A stretch of 64,000 bases of DNA from Anthoceros angustus (GCA_010909165.1 MU008199.1:266248-330247), one strand, 5' to 3'. Shown: positions 1 to 13,189, counted from the stretch's first letter. Numbers and translations: made by a program. The notes: generated by a model from the letters alone, not told the origin.

Positions 1-96
1 GGCCAGTGAGCAACCCCCGGTGGTCCCACAGAGGTGGACCCACCGGGGTCAAGAGAGGAAGGAGAGGAGGACTTGGTGGTTACCGCTGATTGTCGC

Positions 97-2263
97 CGTA
101 AACGATCCGTATTTGGAAACTCCCGCTGATTGTGTCTTTGAGTGATTTTTGTTTTTGCTAAGTTCGTGTCAATAAGAGCTGGGTTGTGATGAAGGAATAT
201 TTATAGTAGAAAGTGTCCTTGGCCTATGAGTTTTGGGGTTGTTTTCCGGGTTAAATAATAATCGGTCCTTGACTATGAACTCGATACTCCTTGGCCTTTG
301 CATCGGAATATTTAATAGAGGGCCTATATATGGGGGAGGGGTTCCTCATATTTGGCAGAGGTAATCAAGGCCATAGGCTAGTGGTCAAACCTACCGGGGC
401 GGTAGTTGATTAGTGTGTGGTCATTGACTGGGGTGTACGGTAGCTTTGTTCCGAAGACGGTAGGCGAATTGGAAGGGCGGTTGCGGAAGGAAGAAGCAGT
501 CGCGGAAGGAGGAAGTGGTCGCGGAAGCCGGCCGGTGGTAGGGGAATTTCAGGGGGATATAACCTTAAGAAATCTCGGAAAGGCACCAGGCGCGGCGGCT
601 GTAAAGGGCAGGCCCTTGTGGCGTCGGGAAGCTCGCGAGTCTCGGGAGGTAGGAACCCTGGGGGACTGACCAAGTTGGAAATTCTGAGGCGAGCTATTAG
701 CAGTTCGTGGCGCCATGCGCAATGAGGTTTCTGCAGGAGCATGGCGCCCAAGGCCGCAGTGGAAATTTCGACCGCCCAATGGCCAAATATGGACATTTGG
801 AGGGTCCGAAATGAGAATTGCGCTACTGGGACTTGGGTTCTGAAAAACGTGGAGCTATGTGAACCCAAGTCTGGTGCATGAGTGTGCTCGCCAGCTGAAG
901 GCTAAGTCACAAGGGGGAAGGAATCAAGGAAAGGCCACAGGATTGGGATGTGGACATTTTATTGGAGGATTTACCAGACCAGCGACGAGGAAGGAGGGCC
1001 CATGGATTCTGCAGAGAGACAAGGGCCAAAGCACTATTTCGTAGGAGGGGCGACATAACGAAAGGGGGGTAGTGGCATCATAGGAATAGAGCTTTGGATG
1101 GGATTTGGATAGGATGCCATCCTGGACCTAAGGCTGTCCGAAATTGTAGGGGCGTCTCTTTGCGTTCAGCCATTTTTAGGACCTAGAATTCTGGTGGGCT
1201 ATGAAGCCCCCACATATAAAGGCTTGGTTGTGCCCCTCACACGATAATTCCTCGGTTGAGATCCCCACGCCTATGGCTGGTTGGAAACGTCCTATTGATG
1301 AGGTGGTGCGCGAGACGCCCTAGGGTGGTCGAGAGCTTGCTCCGCAACCAGTGGGAGAGGGAGGGTGATAGAGCGTTCCTCACTGACAAAGGAGGAGGAA
1401 ATCGAGGGATTGGCGCGGGGCGGGTCTGGAGCTTGCTCGTAACGCCTGCTGTGACGCCCGAGAATTCTTCTTTCTCTTACCCTTTTTCCTGTTGGTTGTG
1501 TTCCAAAATTGAGAGAGAGAGAGAGTGTGTGTGGGTGGAAGCCTGAGGGGCGAATCGAGAGAGAGAGAGAGAGAGGATTGGGTGAAGGAGTGACTGAACA
1601 CTGTATGCAATGCGAGGTGTAAGAGGAGTTGAGAAGGAGAACTAATTAAGAAACTAACAGTGGAGATTTGTGTGGATCCAAGAGAATCTAAACCGATGCT
1701 GTTGGTGAAAGTGTGCACAAGAGGAAACAGCATTCCTTGTGGAATTGTGTGAGGGTGGCGCCCTTTGTGTGTGTGAGAGAGCGGTTGAGAGGGATCTGTG
1801 GAACTTTGGTCTCTAGGAATTGGTGTGTGCATGAAGTGCGGAGTGCAAAATAAAGTCTGGTCTGTGAGCAATGATAGCCGCCCATGGCAGGGATCCGCGG
1901 TACCGTGTGCCAGAAATAAGTTGCTAGGGTTTGGTGTGGGACCCACCTCGGTAGTCGTAGCAACTACCCGGTAGTGGTGAGAGCCACTGTGGTAGTAGCT
2001 CGGGAATGGGGGTTGTGGAATAAGATCTGTGGTCGGGGGATAAGATCTGTGGTAGCTGGACAAGTCGGGAGGTAGTAGTAGTTGAGTAGATAGGTAAGAG
2101 GAGTAATAGCAGGTAAGTCCTGACTTAGGTGAAGGTCAGTAGCGATAGAAGTTAGCGTCTCTTGGCACAAACCATTCCCTTGGGAGCGAATGCTAGGCCT
2201 ACAACGACATTGAGGGTGAATATGGACCTCATGGTGTCTCTAGACACAAGTTCACACTCCACA
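97..2263 (+). mobile_element. Probable solo LTR of an Athila-like Ty3/gypsy family (diverged relative of the LTRs at 11448-13189 and 18759-20367)
   Basis: The start (c)gtaaacgatcc..ttggaaac matches the reverse complement of the LTR end at 20341-20367. It shares tatttatag..gtccttggcctatg at about 198-228. Bases 1080-2263 align to the reverse complement of 11448-12560. It ends ...cacactccaCA at 2263. No PBS follows and no adjacent PPT precedes it. The first base is C rather than T and no clean TSD is visible. Confidence 0.7.
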
Positions 2264-2761
2264 GGCCGCCGCCGGTAGTTCAACCTGACAGGGTCTCGGG
2301 AAGGGGAAGGGGCCCCGCATCGCGGATCATCCGATTGGGTGCGCCCGCTGTGACCAGATTGGGCCACCAAATGGGCGGAACCATGGGCACTTACACACGA
2401 GATAGGCGGAATAGAGGGAAATAGTGGGCGGCAGGCTAGGGCATTCTGAGCTGGCCACCAGCTCAGAATAGGAGTGTAATAAAGGTGCTGCCCTTGGGCG
2501 TAGTATAAGAGGGCAAAGGCTGCTCTAGTAAAGCATCTTTCTTTTGGGGTGGATATCGCGTTTCCTTATAGACCCTTGTGCGTCCTTTGCTAACGCGAGT
2601 CCTAAGTCACTAAGCAGGCACGAAAGCCCCGGAGAGATTGATCAAGGTCCTGGTGACGGACCCTAACGTGTGGTGGTGTGCGCAGGGGCGAACGACTAGA
2701 GACCCTTGCTCTTCCGGAGCCGGGAGTCGACGCCAGGCCGAACGCGGAGCCGTGGAACTCC

Positions 2762-5073
2762 GGGAGGCGTGTAGAGGGACGGAGGCTGGAATGACGGAGG
2801 TCCGGACCACGCACCCACCCACTCTTTTCCAACAAACGCTGAGTGTTGTGGGAGTGGTAAGGAAGGCGGACTAGACGAAACGTAGGACGGACTGGTAGAA
2901 TACGGACGCGAACGAGTGTAAGGGTATTAAAGCCCAATGTACTTAGACTAATACACTTAGTCTAAGTTAGGTGTCAGTTAAGTATCATTAGTTTAGCTAA
3001 AGCTAATCACTAGGAAGCTTCTTGTGCTCCTTCCTAGGGGCTTCTGTGAGCTTCCTAGGGAGCCTATTGAGGGTATAAATGCCCTCCAAGCCTCATCTCA
3101 ATGTGAGAGAGTTACTCTTGCCTCCTCCTCTCCTCTCCTCTTTCCACCATCATGGGCTGCCATACGATCCTTCAACGAGTCCTTAAACGTTTGGCCACGC
3201 CGGGCCTATTCGGCGGACGTTAAGAGTAGTTAGTAGTAAAACCGCGAGCGCGCGCGATCTGAGTCAGAAACGGCCACAACGGTGAGGTGAGAATTGGTTG
3301 AGAGGTGCCAAACGGAACCTATCATTCTCTTGGGAACGGACCCCTTACTACAATGACACGGGACCATGCGCGCCCGGCTGGCCGTCAGCAAAAGTCGCGC
3401 CACAGTGCTCGCATTTGCTATGAGCGATGGAAAGGGTTGACAACGCTGCGAGAAGGCGTGGAACATAAATATAACCAGATGATAGGGTGGTATGCCCATA
3501 TCAAAAGCCAATAAGATTGTTGAAGAAGCTCATTGAGCTATACACTATGGAAGGCGAGTGGGTCTTAGACGGGTGTGCAGGCTCTGAGTCAGGAATGGTA
3601 GCAGCTCTCAAGTCTGGGTGTCATTTCAATAGACGTAGATCCCAGAGCAGTTCAGTTCATGGATCTACGACTGAATAATTTGGACGCCTGGCCGAACGAG
3701 GAGGAGGTGGTGGGAGAGATCGAAGGCTATGCAGGACCCAAGACGTTTAGTAAAGAGCCGATGGTGAACTCACTCGCAGGTGGCCGGGGCAGTTTTGTGG
3801 CTCTGAAGCGGCGTGCATTCCGCAAGAGAGCCACATCTGGAGATGTGATAGAGCCACTGATGTTGGGTGTTGTGGGAGATGTGTGCAGTGCATTGGCGGA
3901 TGGTGAGAAAAGCTGCAGAGACGTCATGGGCGGAGGCGTGTAGGCAGGGCGGAGGCCCTGATGGAGCAGCGGAGGTGGGACGCACGCACCACTCCACTCT
4001 TTTCCAACAAGCGAAAGTGTTGTGGGAGTGGTAAGGCGACTAGACTAAACGTGGGGCGGGTGGTAGAATCTGGGACGAGCAGTGTAAGGGTATTAAAGCC
4101 CAATGTACTTAGACTAATACAGTCTAAGTTAGGTGTCGATTAAGTATCATTAGTTTAGCTAAAGCTAATCACTAGGAAGCTTCTTGTGCTCCTTCCTAGG
4201 GGCTTCTGTGAGCTTCCTAGGGAGCCCTATTGAGGGTATAAATGCCCTCCAAGCCTCATCTCAATGTGAGAGTTACTCTTGCCTCCTCCTCTCTCTCCTC
4301 TTTCCACCATCATGGGTCGCCATACGATCCTTCAACGAGTCCCAACGCGTTTGGCCATGCCCTATTCAAGGACGTTAAGAGTAGTTAGTAGTAAACCGAT
4401 GGCCGCGGTCGAAGCAACAACGGTGAGGTGAGAATTGGTTGAGAGGTGCCAAACCAACCTATCATTCTCTTGGGAACGGACCCTTACAATGACACGGGAC
4501 CATGCGCCCGGTGGCCGTCCCGGAAAGTCGCGCCACAGTCCCGCAATTTGTTATGAGCGATGGAAAGGGTTGACAACGCTGCGAGAAGGCGTGGAACATA
4601 AGGCGTATTTATAACCCGAGATGATAGGGTGGTATGCCCATATCAAAAGCCAATAAGATTGTTGAAGAAGCTCATTGAGCTATACACTATGGAAGCGAGT
4701 GGGTCTTAGAGCGGGTGTCTGCGAGCTCAGTGAATGGTAGCAGCTCTCAAGTGGGTGTCATTTCAATAGACGTAGATCCCAGGCGATTCGGTTCATGGAT
4801 CTCTGTTGTGAATAATTTGGACGCCTTTGGCGAGCGAGGAGGAGGTGGTGGGAGAGATCGAAGGCTATGCAGGACCCAAGACGTTTAGTAAAGAGCCGAT
4901 GGTGAACTCACTCGCAGGTGGCCGGGGCAGTTTTGTGGCTCTGAAGCGGCGTGCATTCCGCAAGAGAGCCACATCTGGAGATGTGATAGAGCCACTGATG
5001 TTGGGTGTTGTGGGAGATGTGTGTGCAGGTGCATTGGCAGATGGTGAGAAAACTGCAGGAGACGTCATGGGCG
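2762..5073 (+). repeat. Tandem duplication, unit about 1.17 kb (two copies: about 2762-3932 and 3933-5073)
   Basis: gtaagggtattaaagcccaatgtacttagactaata occurs at 2918 and 4084. The EEEVVGEIEGYAGPKTFSKEPMVNSLAGG coding block is identical at about 3700 and 4840. Confidence 0.9.
3487..3643 (+). pseudogene. C-terminal fragment of an N6-adenine/N4-cytosine DNA methyltransferase (N6_N4_Mtase, beta-class-like), copy 1
   Basis: CPYQKPIRLLKKLIELYTMEGEWVLDGCAGSESGMVAALKSGCHF..IDVDP fits the family signature HPxQKPxxLLxxLIxxxTxxGxxVLDxFxGSGxxxxAAxxxGRxxxGxE/D (SAM-binding motif I region). Confidence 0.7.
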
Positions 5074-5213
5074 AGACGCGTGCAGATGATAACCTGGGTG
5101 TAGCACTCGCATTTGGGCACGATGATGGGGAAGAGCAGGCTCCCATTGAGTCGTTGACCGAGAAGTATGATCCACCAGTGGACTCCCCTGCCAGCGCATG
5201 GGTGGACAGCTAG
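4629..5213 (+). pseudogene. N6/N4 DNA methyltransferase fragment, copy 2, with a C-terminal tail of about 130 aa ending at a TAG (5213)
   Basis: Duplicate of 3487-3643 with more indels. It continues into ORF 4827-5213. Confidence 0.6.
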
Positions 5214-6756
5214 AAACAATTTCTAGCATCTAAATCGTTTGGTGGGGATGTGCGTGGAGGATGCGATTGACAAGCATAGTTGCGTTTTACTTGTTGGACT
5301 CTTGAACAATAGATTTGTGTTTTGACTTGTAGTGAGGCATACATGTCTGGCACACCAGCCTCGACACCGAATAGCCGGTGCTAAGGTGGCTATTCGGTGC
5401 TATCCCGTTGCCTTAAAGTGTCCCGTGGTCCTTCGTTGCTAGCCTTCCAGCATTCATGTTTGAGCATTGTCACTCTTCATGATGCTGAAACATTTGTTCA
5501 TTGACAATCTGAAACAGCTGATTGATAACTCGAAACGGGTGAATGACCACACTGCAGCGCAGTCCTTTTACTCATTCCTTGTTTACCCATATATGCGACA
5601 GCACATTGTCGTGCACGACACGTGATGGTGAACCAAAACCCTGAAGCCGCTGCCATTCCAAATCTCCACGTTGTGGAGCATGGTCTGCCATTGTAGCGAA
5701 ATGGCTTTGCATCCAAACCCCATCTGAACAAGTCCAGTCGTGCGCGGAAGCAGAAGCACTTTGGATGAGCGAGGAGGCGATTGGGTGAACACATTCATGC
5801 TATTCAATGTTACATGGCGAGACGACTGCCATGTCCCACGGCAGAGGGAAAGGCACGTTTTCTCCTATTGTGCGCCAAAGGCATCGTACCGCGTGCAGTG
5901 CGCTGGCACTGTGTGTCCGACGTGTGTGATGTATGTGTGGTGTGTGTGAGGACAACGGACGTCAAGACATGAAATTAGCTGTGGGTCACGGCGGCATCAT
6001 TGCCCAATCACCGGCAACGGGCGGTATGGCGCGATTCTGAATTGGGCATCACGGCGCCCGATGCGGGCGCCCGGGATTCAGCAAGAACGCCGCGTGAGTG
6101 GGTAGATAAAAGGGCATAGGCCGCGTAGGAAGGCGGATTGCTGATGTCTGTTCGATTGAGCGGCCATACGGATCCCAAGGGGTTCTTTCGTGGGCGAGCT
6201 TTGGCAAAGGGGGAGTGAGGGGTTTTTGCCAGGAATAGGACAAGAACTCGTTTTCACATCAGCAATCCCTTTCAGAGCTTAGCCTGGCAGTTGTGCGCGT
6301 CAAAGAACGGCGGATGACCCAGGCGGAACGCCGACGGAAGGACCGTGACACAGTCGAGATAAGTCAATGGTGGAAATTGCTAAGAAAGCTATAGATTATT
6401 CTGTGCTGTTCTATGCGGGTCGATCCATCCTTCACCTGGCCGCCTTGGCGGAACTAGAACCCGCGATTCGGCAGACCGTGGGACAAGTGATTGACAAGCC
6501 GCTCTGAAGTGGTGATTGAAGGAGGCACCAACACCGACTTTGATGGAATGCCGTACATAGTCTCTCGCAGGGGACGAGAGTGAGAGGGTGATGGTGTTCT
6601 TGCTCTCTGGCTGGACAAACGAAAGTACACCTATCCAAGAAGCTCGCAGTCCCACTGTCCAGTATCCCTCAGTCTACAGATTAAGAGGACGGTTCGAGTG
6701 GAGTCAAAGTCCCATCCGCTCCATCGCATTTGAAGAAAGTTGTGGCGGAGCAAGAA

Positions 6757-7730
6757 TGGAGTACGAGGCGCCGCCTAGCAAGAACGATGTGTTCACCGGA
6801 CGGCATGGTAGCATGTCACTTGCCGACTTTGAAGAGAAGTTCAGGTGGGCAATCGATGAGATGGTGCTCAAATACAAATTTGAGTTCACACCCGAGATGG
6901 CATTAAGGAAAATGAGCACCTTCCTAGCGTGAGAAGCGACTTGTTGCTGTGGACCTGATCAAATCTTGCAGGATGCACGGACTTTGGCGAGGGCGAGAAG
7001 GGCTAAGAAGACGTCAAAGGGAAGTGAAGAGGAAGAGGCGTCAAGCTCCATGCAAGGTGATGCAATCACGTATTTAGTGGATGAAATGTTTGCCAAGTTT
7101 GGGGAGATGTTTCCGGTATCCTCCATAGAAAAGATACAAGAACTGTCAAAGTTCGTCATCAAGCCCAATGAACCCCTCAGGTCCGCCTATCTGAGGCTAA
7201 GGCAACTGGTGAAGGACACACGAGTGAAGACGATGCAAGAAGCTGCCCAAATATACATAGCTGCGCTTCCGGGCAGGCAAAGGAGAGTGATTGCCAACTT
7301 CCTTCACATGATGCACGGTGCTGATTATGAGTTAGAGCAGGCCTACGAGATGGCTGAAAGGGTCATGAAAGGTGATGCTGTGACCACTGCGTACTGGGAA
7401 GAACATAACCTGGTGAGGACACATCAACCTGCTTCGAACACGCACCGGTTCAAAGGAAGAAACGTGCCTCGGGAGCCAACGCAGGCAAACGCTATGCAGA
7501 GGAGTTCCCCCACTAAGGAGCGTGCAGTCAACAGTGCAGCCACTACCAAGGCAACGGTGAAGTGCCTACGGTGCAGAGGGCCGCACAAAGCCTACGAGTG
7601 CGAATATCGACTCGGTGGAGCCAAGGAAAAGGAGGCGTGCAGAGCCTGTGCCAAGACAGGGCACACGGAGGCAGCATGCTGGCAGGCCCATCCCGAGTTT
7701 AAACCTAGGCGTCGGGAGCGACAAAGCTAA
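6757..7730 (+). mobile_element. Retrotransposon Gag (disrupted), with two zinc knuckles
   Basis: ORFs 6588-6932 and 6966-7730. Gag-like segment KIQELSKFVIKPNEPLRSAYLRLRQLV. Knuckles CLRCRGPHKAYEC and CRACAKTGHTEAAC (CX2CX4HX4C). Confidence 0.75.
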
Positions 7731-8239
7731 GTCGATTGGGTTATACCCGAAAGCGTTGTTTAGCGGCGCATAGGCTGCAAGAACATGCAAAGCATGAGCG
7801 ATGTGAGAGTCCGCGCGCCCGTCAAGAATATGACTTTGACACGAGGTATACGCGTTGATGGCCCCAAGGGCAACGGCTGGCACGAGCTTAGGGAATTCTA
7901 TTCAAAGAAAGAAGTCTGAGGAAAGAAACCAGCTCAAGATGCCCAAGTCCTTCAGGCAGAGTGAGGAGGATGAAGGAGTGTCGTCTCAGGCTAAGAAGGC
8001 ACCAATTGTCGAAGTCATGCTTGAAAGGGCAATGGATGCACCCGTGGTGAGCTTGCGAGATCTGGGAGTAAGAACGCAACCTTTCAAGCAAGTCATGCAA
8101 GCCTGGATGAGAAAGGAGTCTCTGGAAGGAGGCGTGGTGCCTGGACGGTTAGTTTACAGGTGATCATTTGAAACCAGCGAGGTAAAGGAGGCATCGCCAT
8201 GGTGAACAATCAGAACCTGGAAGTCACCGTTGATGGCTT

Positions 8240-8691
8240 TGCATCAAAATGCGTGTTGGTCGACACTGTGATCCGGTTGCTTGAGCAAGGGAGCTAACCC
8301 AGATGGAAGTAAGTGGCGAGGTGCAGTGCGCATCACCACCTCCGCAGGGACTAAAGAGCAGGTGATGGGCATAACCCGCGATCCAGTGCGAATTGAGCTC
8401 AAACCAGGCACCGAAGACTCCACTGTTATCGAAGTACGGTGCTTGGTGTCTGATGCTAGAAATTACGACGTGTTGCTCGGTGCTGATGCCACTCACGGTC
8501 CGGCGATGGGGGTGGATCCATTGCACTCAGTAGCGTTTTACAGACCGCGATGGCAAGAAGGAGATTTCACACATGTGGCAAGAATACCGTTGGACATGCG
8601 TCGACGTGATGAACGGTCGGGGGCCATGACGACGTTCACAGTCAGTACGCAGAAGGATAGACCGCCACACTTCCCAGTCAACATGGTGGGT
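8240..8691 (+). mobile_element. Retroviral-type aspartic protease remnant downstream of the Gag; no RT follows
   Basis: CVLVDT at about 8250-8270 (frameshifted DTG site), followed by ...VRCLVSDARNYDVLLGAD...AFYRPRWQEGD. Confidence 0.6.
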
Positions 8692-10011
8692 TGTGGAACG
8701 CCAAATTTTGGGTCCACGGTTAGAAGAGGGGCGGATGCCTCTTAGTTTTGTTCATATTAGTTAGGTTTTCTTTTTCTTTTTTTTCTTTTTCTCACCAACA
8801 GATCATTGACGGAAGACAAAGAACGAAGTGGCAAGTGGAGAAGCGGGACAGGATTGCGCCCGATCGACGGATGTAAAGGAGGAAAACGGATTCAAAATGG
8901 GTCCAACTTAGAAAGGATGAGGTCCTGACGGGAGGTCCCACAGAGGTCCGGAAAGTTTCTGTGAGAGGAGGTTCGCAGGAGGCCGAACCCGCAAGGAGGA
9001 GGGTTGGTGCCGCCCAGTGGCGCGGCGCGCCAGTCACGCCCCGCCCACCGACATGCAATGAGTAAGGTTCTTACTCCACCGAAGACGCCATGAGAGGCTC
9101 TACAGCGCCAAAGCGCAAATTCCAGATAGAGCGGGTTGAGCAGCAGTGCCAGAGGAAGGAGAAGAAGAAGGAGGGAGCGCATGCATATATAGAGAAAGTC
9201 CTTGGCCGGAGGAGGAAATCAGGCCCTTGGCCTTCTGAGGGTTTCATGGAAGATGAAGCGGGCGGGTTAGGGTCACACGTGGGACCGACCTTTTGCATGT
9301 CTCGATGATTTTCTTCGACTTTGGGAATTGGTGTACGAGGAATTTCTTCCTTGGCCTTCGTGGTTGAGGAATTTCTAACGTCCATTGAAGAGAAAGGTCC
9401 TTGGCCTTGGACAGGGAAATTTTTGTCCTTGGCCTTTGGGTGTGAAAATCCTCCTCACCCTATATATGTAAGTGGCAAGGGAGTGTTTAGCTCATTCGAG
9501 GACAGAGGACGGAGGACGGAGAGGAGCCGTCTGAGACACTGGAGAACACTTAGAAGAATTTGAGGAGAAAAGATCGACAAGCAGGGATTTTTGGAGAAGA
9601 TCGACCGCCCGGCAGTGGAAGTGAGATGAAGACGCGCAATCGGAGGTGTGCGCAAGGCGCCCAAAGAAGGAGGGAGCGAGTCACAAGAAGGAGAAGAAGA
9701 AGAAAAGCGAAGGAGAAGCCCGAGAAGGATCGCCGAGAAGGAGGGGCCGGGATTTTTGTAGCCAGTGCAAGTCTCCAGAGACTTATGGGATTTTCGACAA
9801 AGGCTGTCAATAAAAATGTGCAGCCCAAAGGGTTTACGATAGGCATTGGGCCTATTCTAATGTGGAATTGGTTGAGTCTTGCTACAGCACCGAATCGACG
9901 AGGAGAAACAGAGGACGGAGGAACGCGGATGATCCAAGGGATGGACGCCCAAAGACATTCGTAAGGTGTATGGGAGGCCGAAGCAAAGAGTGATGGTGGG
10001 CTCAAGGAGGA

Positions 10012-11447
10012 ATGAAGATGGAAAGAGTGCAGGTCGACCTTCCCGAGGAAGCTCTCAAAGATGCTCATCGGAGGGATAGACGCCAAGACGCGAATGGATG
10101 GAGGATGATAAGATTGCCGACCTCAAGTGGAAGCTTTTACAAGGATAGTTTTGGTGACGTCACAACCACCTACTTCAAGAAGGCATTCTTTCATTTCATG
10201 TGGAAGTCAAGCAAGGAGCTCACCGACCGGGGACAACCATGTCGCGCCTATGAGCATCACCGAGACAAGTCCGAGGCCAAACATTGTGGACAATGAGGGG
10301 GCGAGGCACCGCCATTTGAGTACTTACCTTGTGCGATTGTGGGGGCACATGGGTTATCGACGAAGAAGAGCTGGAGGAGTCTTACCAGCTTGAAGTGGTC
10401 CCTCCGAGGGATGACAGGGTCCCTCTCCTAAGAAGGTGAAGAAGGCAGAGGAGGAACCCAAGGTGGAGCAAGGAGTGCTTCACCTGTGGTGATCTTGGAT
10501 GATGAGACCACCCCTGGCCCCGACGCCAAGGAAGAAGAGGTGCCTGCCCGTGGGGAGACAAAGCAAGAGGAAGAGGTGGCGTGCCACCATGTGTACAGTG
10601 AGGCAACCCCATGGAGGTGGTGGAACTAACCCACCCTGTGAGATGACCGGTGGAGTTCCACCCAACATCGGCAGAGTGGAGAGACCGTCACCAAGAGAAA
10701 GGCGCTGAGTAACCCTGTGAGGGGAATGAGAAGACAAAGGCTTTGAAGGATCTCACGACCATCTCCGCCTAATTGATACTCCATTAGTGAAGCAAGCCTT
10801 ACAGGAAGTAGAGGAGTTGGAGGTGAGAGCTGTCGTCAGGACAGCCGAAGCGATTGCCCTACAGTCAGGTGGGGAGCAGGATAGCAAGGCTATCCAGGAG
10901 ATGGCGCTAGCAAAGGGGCGCCTAGTTGACCTGGAGAGGAGGTTGGGGCTCAACAAGATTGAAGAACAAAGGCTGAGACAAGAAAGTAGGGAACGTATGA
11001 AGGAAGTGGCTACCCTCAACCAGAAGATTGAGGAGACTGTCCGATGTGGGAAGGAGCGGCAAGAATACTCTTCAGCCGAGAAGAAGGAGAATAGGGACGA
11101 AGACTGCCCTGGGAGGCCGAGGCCGCCAAGCCAAGAATGAAGAATCGAGGCCAAGCTCAAGGAGCTGGAGGAGGAGGTGCCACATGGAGCAAGGAGCGTG
11201 AGGAGCTCATGAAGCAAGCAACGGAGGCGACCAACTGGAAGGAAGAGGTAGCTCACCGGAGGAAAATGATGCATCGCATGCTGGTCGTCAGGAAGCAACG
11301 CTTCCAGGCTGATTATGCATGGCAGCAAGGGATACTGGAGGCATGGAAGAGAGATGCCACTGAGAATGTCACTTTACAGCTTCGTTTCAGTGAGGTGACG
11401 CTAGAGAGGGATGCTTTGCGAAGTAAGTTAGCCTCAGGAGAGTGGCC
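10012..11447 (+). pseudogene. 5' part of a charged, coiled-coil ORF of a host repeat, interrupted by the Athila-like insertion (continues at 20368-20541)
   Basis: E/K/R-rich heptad-like ORF pieces at 10787-11140 and 11137-11447. The frame ...ASGEWP resumes after the TSD as WPEEFDEICLKGQEMQVHLNARVNTFAKEMR...DS*. Confidence 0.55.
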
Positions 11448-13189
11448 TGTGGGGTGTAAACCCGTGTCGTGGGACACGGTGAGGTCCACATTTACCCTCA
11501 ATGTCGTTGTAGTCCTGGGATTTGCTCCCAAGGGAATGGTTTGTGCCAAAAGACGCTATCTTCTATCACTACCAACCTTTGCCTAAGCTCGATCGGACCG
11601 CTACCACTCGCACCTATCTACTCAACTACGACTACCTCCTGTCTTATCCAACTACCACGGATCTAACTTCCCGACCCCTGCTCCTTTCGCTACCGCGGAA
11701 GTCCGCATTACTACCCGGTAGTGGTACGACCACCGAGGTGGGTCCCACGCCAAACCCTAACGGCTGATTCGACTTACCAGACCGCGGCCCTGCACGGAGT
11801 TGTCCGCCTGCGGGCCTCGGATAATTCTACCCCGGATACTATACCCAGCCCGATTCCTGACACTAGGGTTTTCTAGCCCATCCCACACTCAATCCACACA
11901 CATGCACATTCACACCCAAGGGTACCGGACCATCTTAATTCCTCCGGAAACACCGCTTCCCATGCGCACTTTCTCCAAAAGACGACTCCGCGATTCCTTC
12001 ACACCAATTCCAACCACATTCTCCACGGTTCTTCTCCTCTTTTTCCTCTCAGACCTCGTGATCACAGCAAGACTTAGTCTCCTTTCCCGATCCGCTCTCA
12101 CTCTCCTTCTCTCGATTCACCCTCCAGGCATCCACTCACTCACAGACTCTCAATTTCGGAACACGGCTGGCGAGAAAAGAAGCGAAGGGGAGGGGAGTCC
12201 AGAGCGACACAGCAGGCGTTACGAGCAAGCTCCAGACCCGCCCCGCGCCGGCCTCTTGGTTCCCTCCCCTTGGTCAGCAAGACACTTGATCGCCCCCTCC
12301 TCCGTCGCGGAGCAAGCTCTCGACCATTCCTAGGAGCGTCTCGCACACCCCGCCTCCGTTAATTGGACGTCTCCAACCAGCCACAGGCAGCGTGGGGATC
12401 TCAACCAGAAATTATCTGCTGTGAGGGACATAAGTTGCCCCTCTTATACATCCATCAGCGCCATGCCCCGGATTTTCAGGTCTTAAGATGGCTATCATGA
12501 AGGGACGCGCCCACGATTCGGAGCGATCCTAGGTCCAGTGCAGCACCCTAACCAAATTATCTTTAGGATGCTATCACCTCTGCCTACGCTATCTGCGCGC
12601 CCTACCTCGACTTGGCCGCCTGGCCCTACGTCCTCCATTGCCGCCGCCACGAGCTCTCCTGCCACGCCGCTGGTCGGACAGGTTTTCCCACACTACTTCC
12701 ACCTCACTGTCACTGCTGGACGTCCGAATTTGAGGTGTATCGCCTGAGCTTCCGTGATCTTCCGCCGCCTATTGCCGAGGATTATTACCGGGTTCCTCAT
12801 CCACCCAAGCTGGACCTCCTCCTCACTCAACTTCTCCAAAGTCGCCTCCGCATAATGGGCCAACCCCACACTGCGCAGCAGAAGTATGCACTGGTCCTCA
12901 CTTGCGAGGTAGGCCCCGATCCCTCCTATTTCCACACGCACATGGACGGTGAAGTTAAGCACGCTGTTCTCCATTCACATATGTAGACTTTTATGGACAT
13001 CCCAAGTCCATGGGCCAAGGAACACCAAATTTTGACCATTTATTTTCTAACCTAAAAAACAAAAAGAACTCCATAGGCCAAGGACATTTCTTCTATAAAT
13101 ACCTCCTACTCAACCCGACTTATTTTCACACCACCACCAAAAAAAAAAAAACACTTGGGCACGTGGGTTTCCAAGTCCTAGATCTTACA
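11448..13189 (-). repeat. 3' LTR (about 1.74 kb)
   Basis: Plus strand reads tgtggggtgt...gatcttaca and aligns along its length with 18759-20367. Confidence 0.9.

Noticed and set aside
2443-2469. Perfect 12-bp hairpin attctgagctgg-cca-ccagctcagaat (and another at 5365-5399)
   Set aside because: Isolated, inside TE-derived DNA, with no Helitron CTRR end or other supporting context.
2917-3324. TG...CA segment with a TATA box as a discrete solo LTR
   Set aside because: The flanks (acgag / ttctc) give no TSD and the shared repeat extends further upstream, so the boundaries are unsupported.
5520-5760. Minus-strand CK.FRYNGRPCS(H) and GKQGMSKRT as a MULE SWIM finger and zinc knuckle
   Set aside because: It needs several frameshifts, the spacing is too short, and no DDE domain is nearby.
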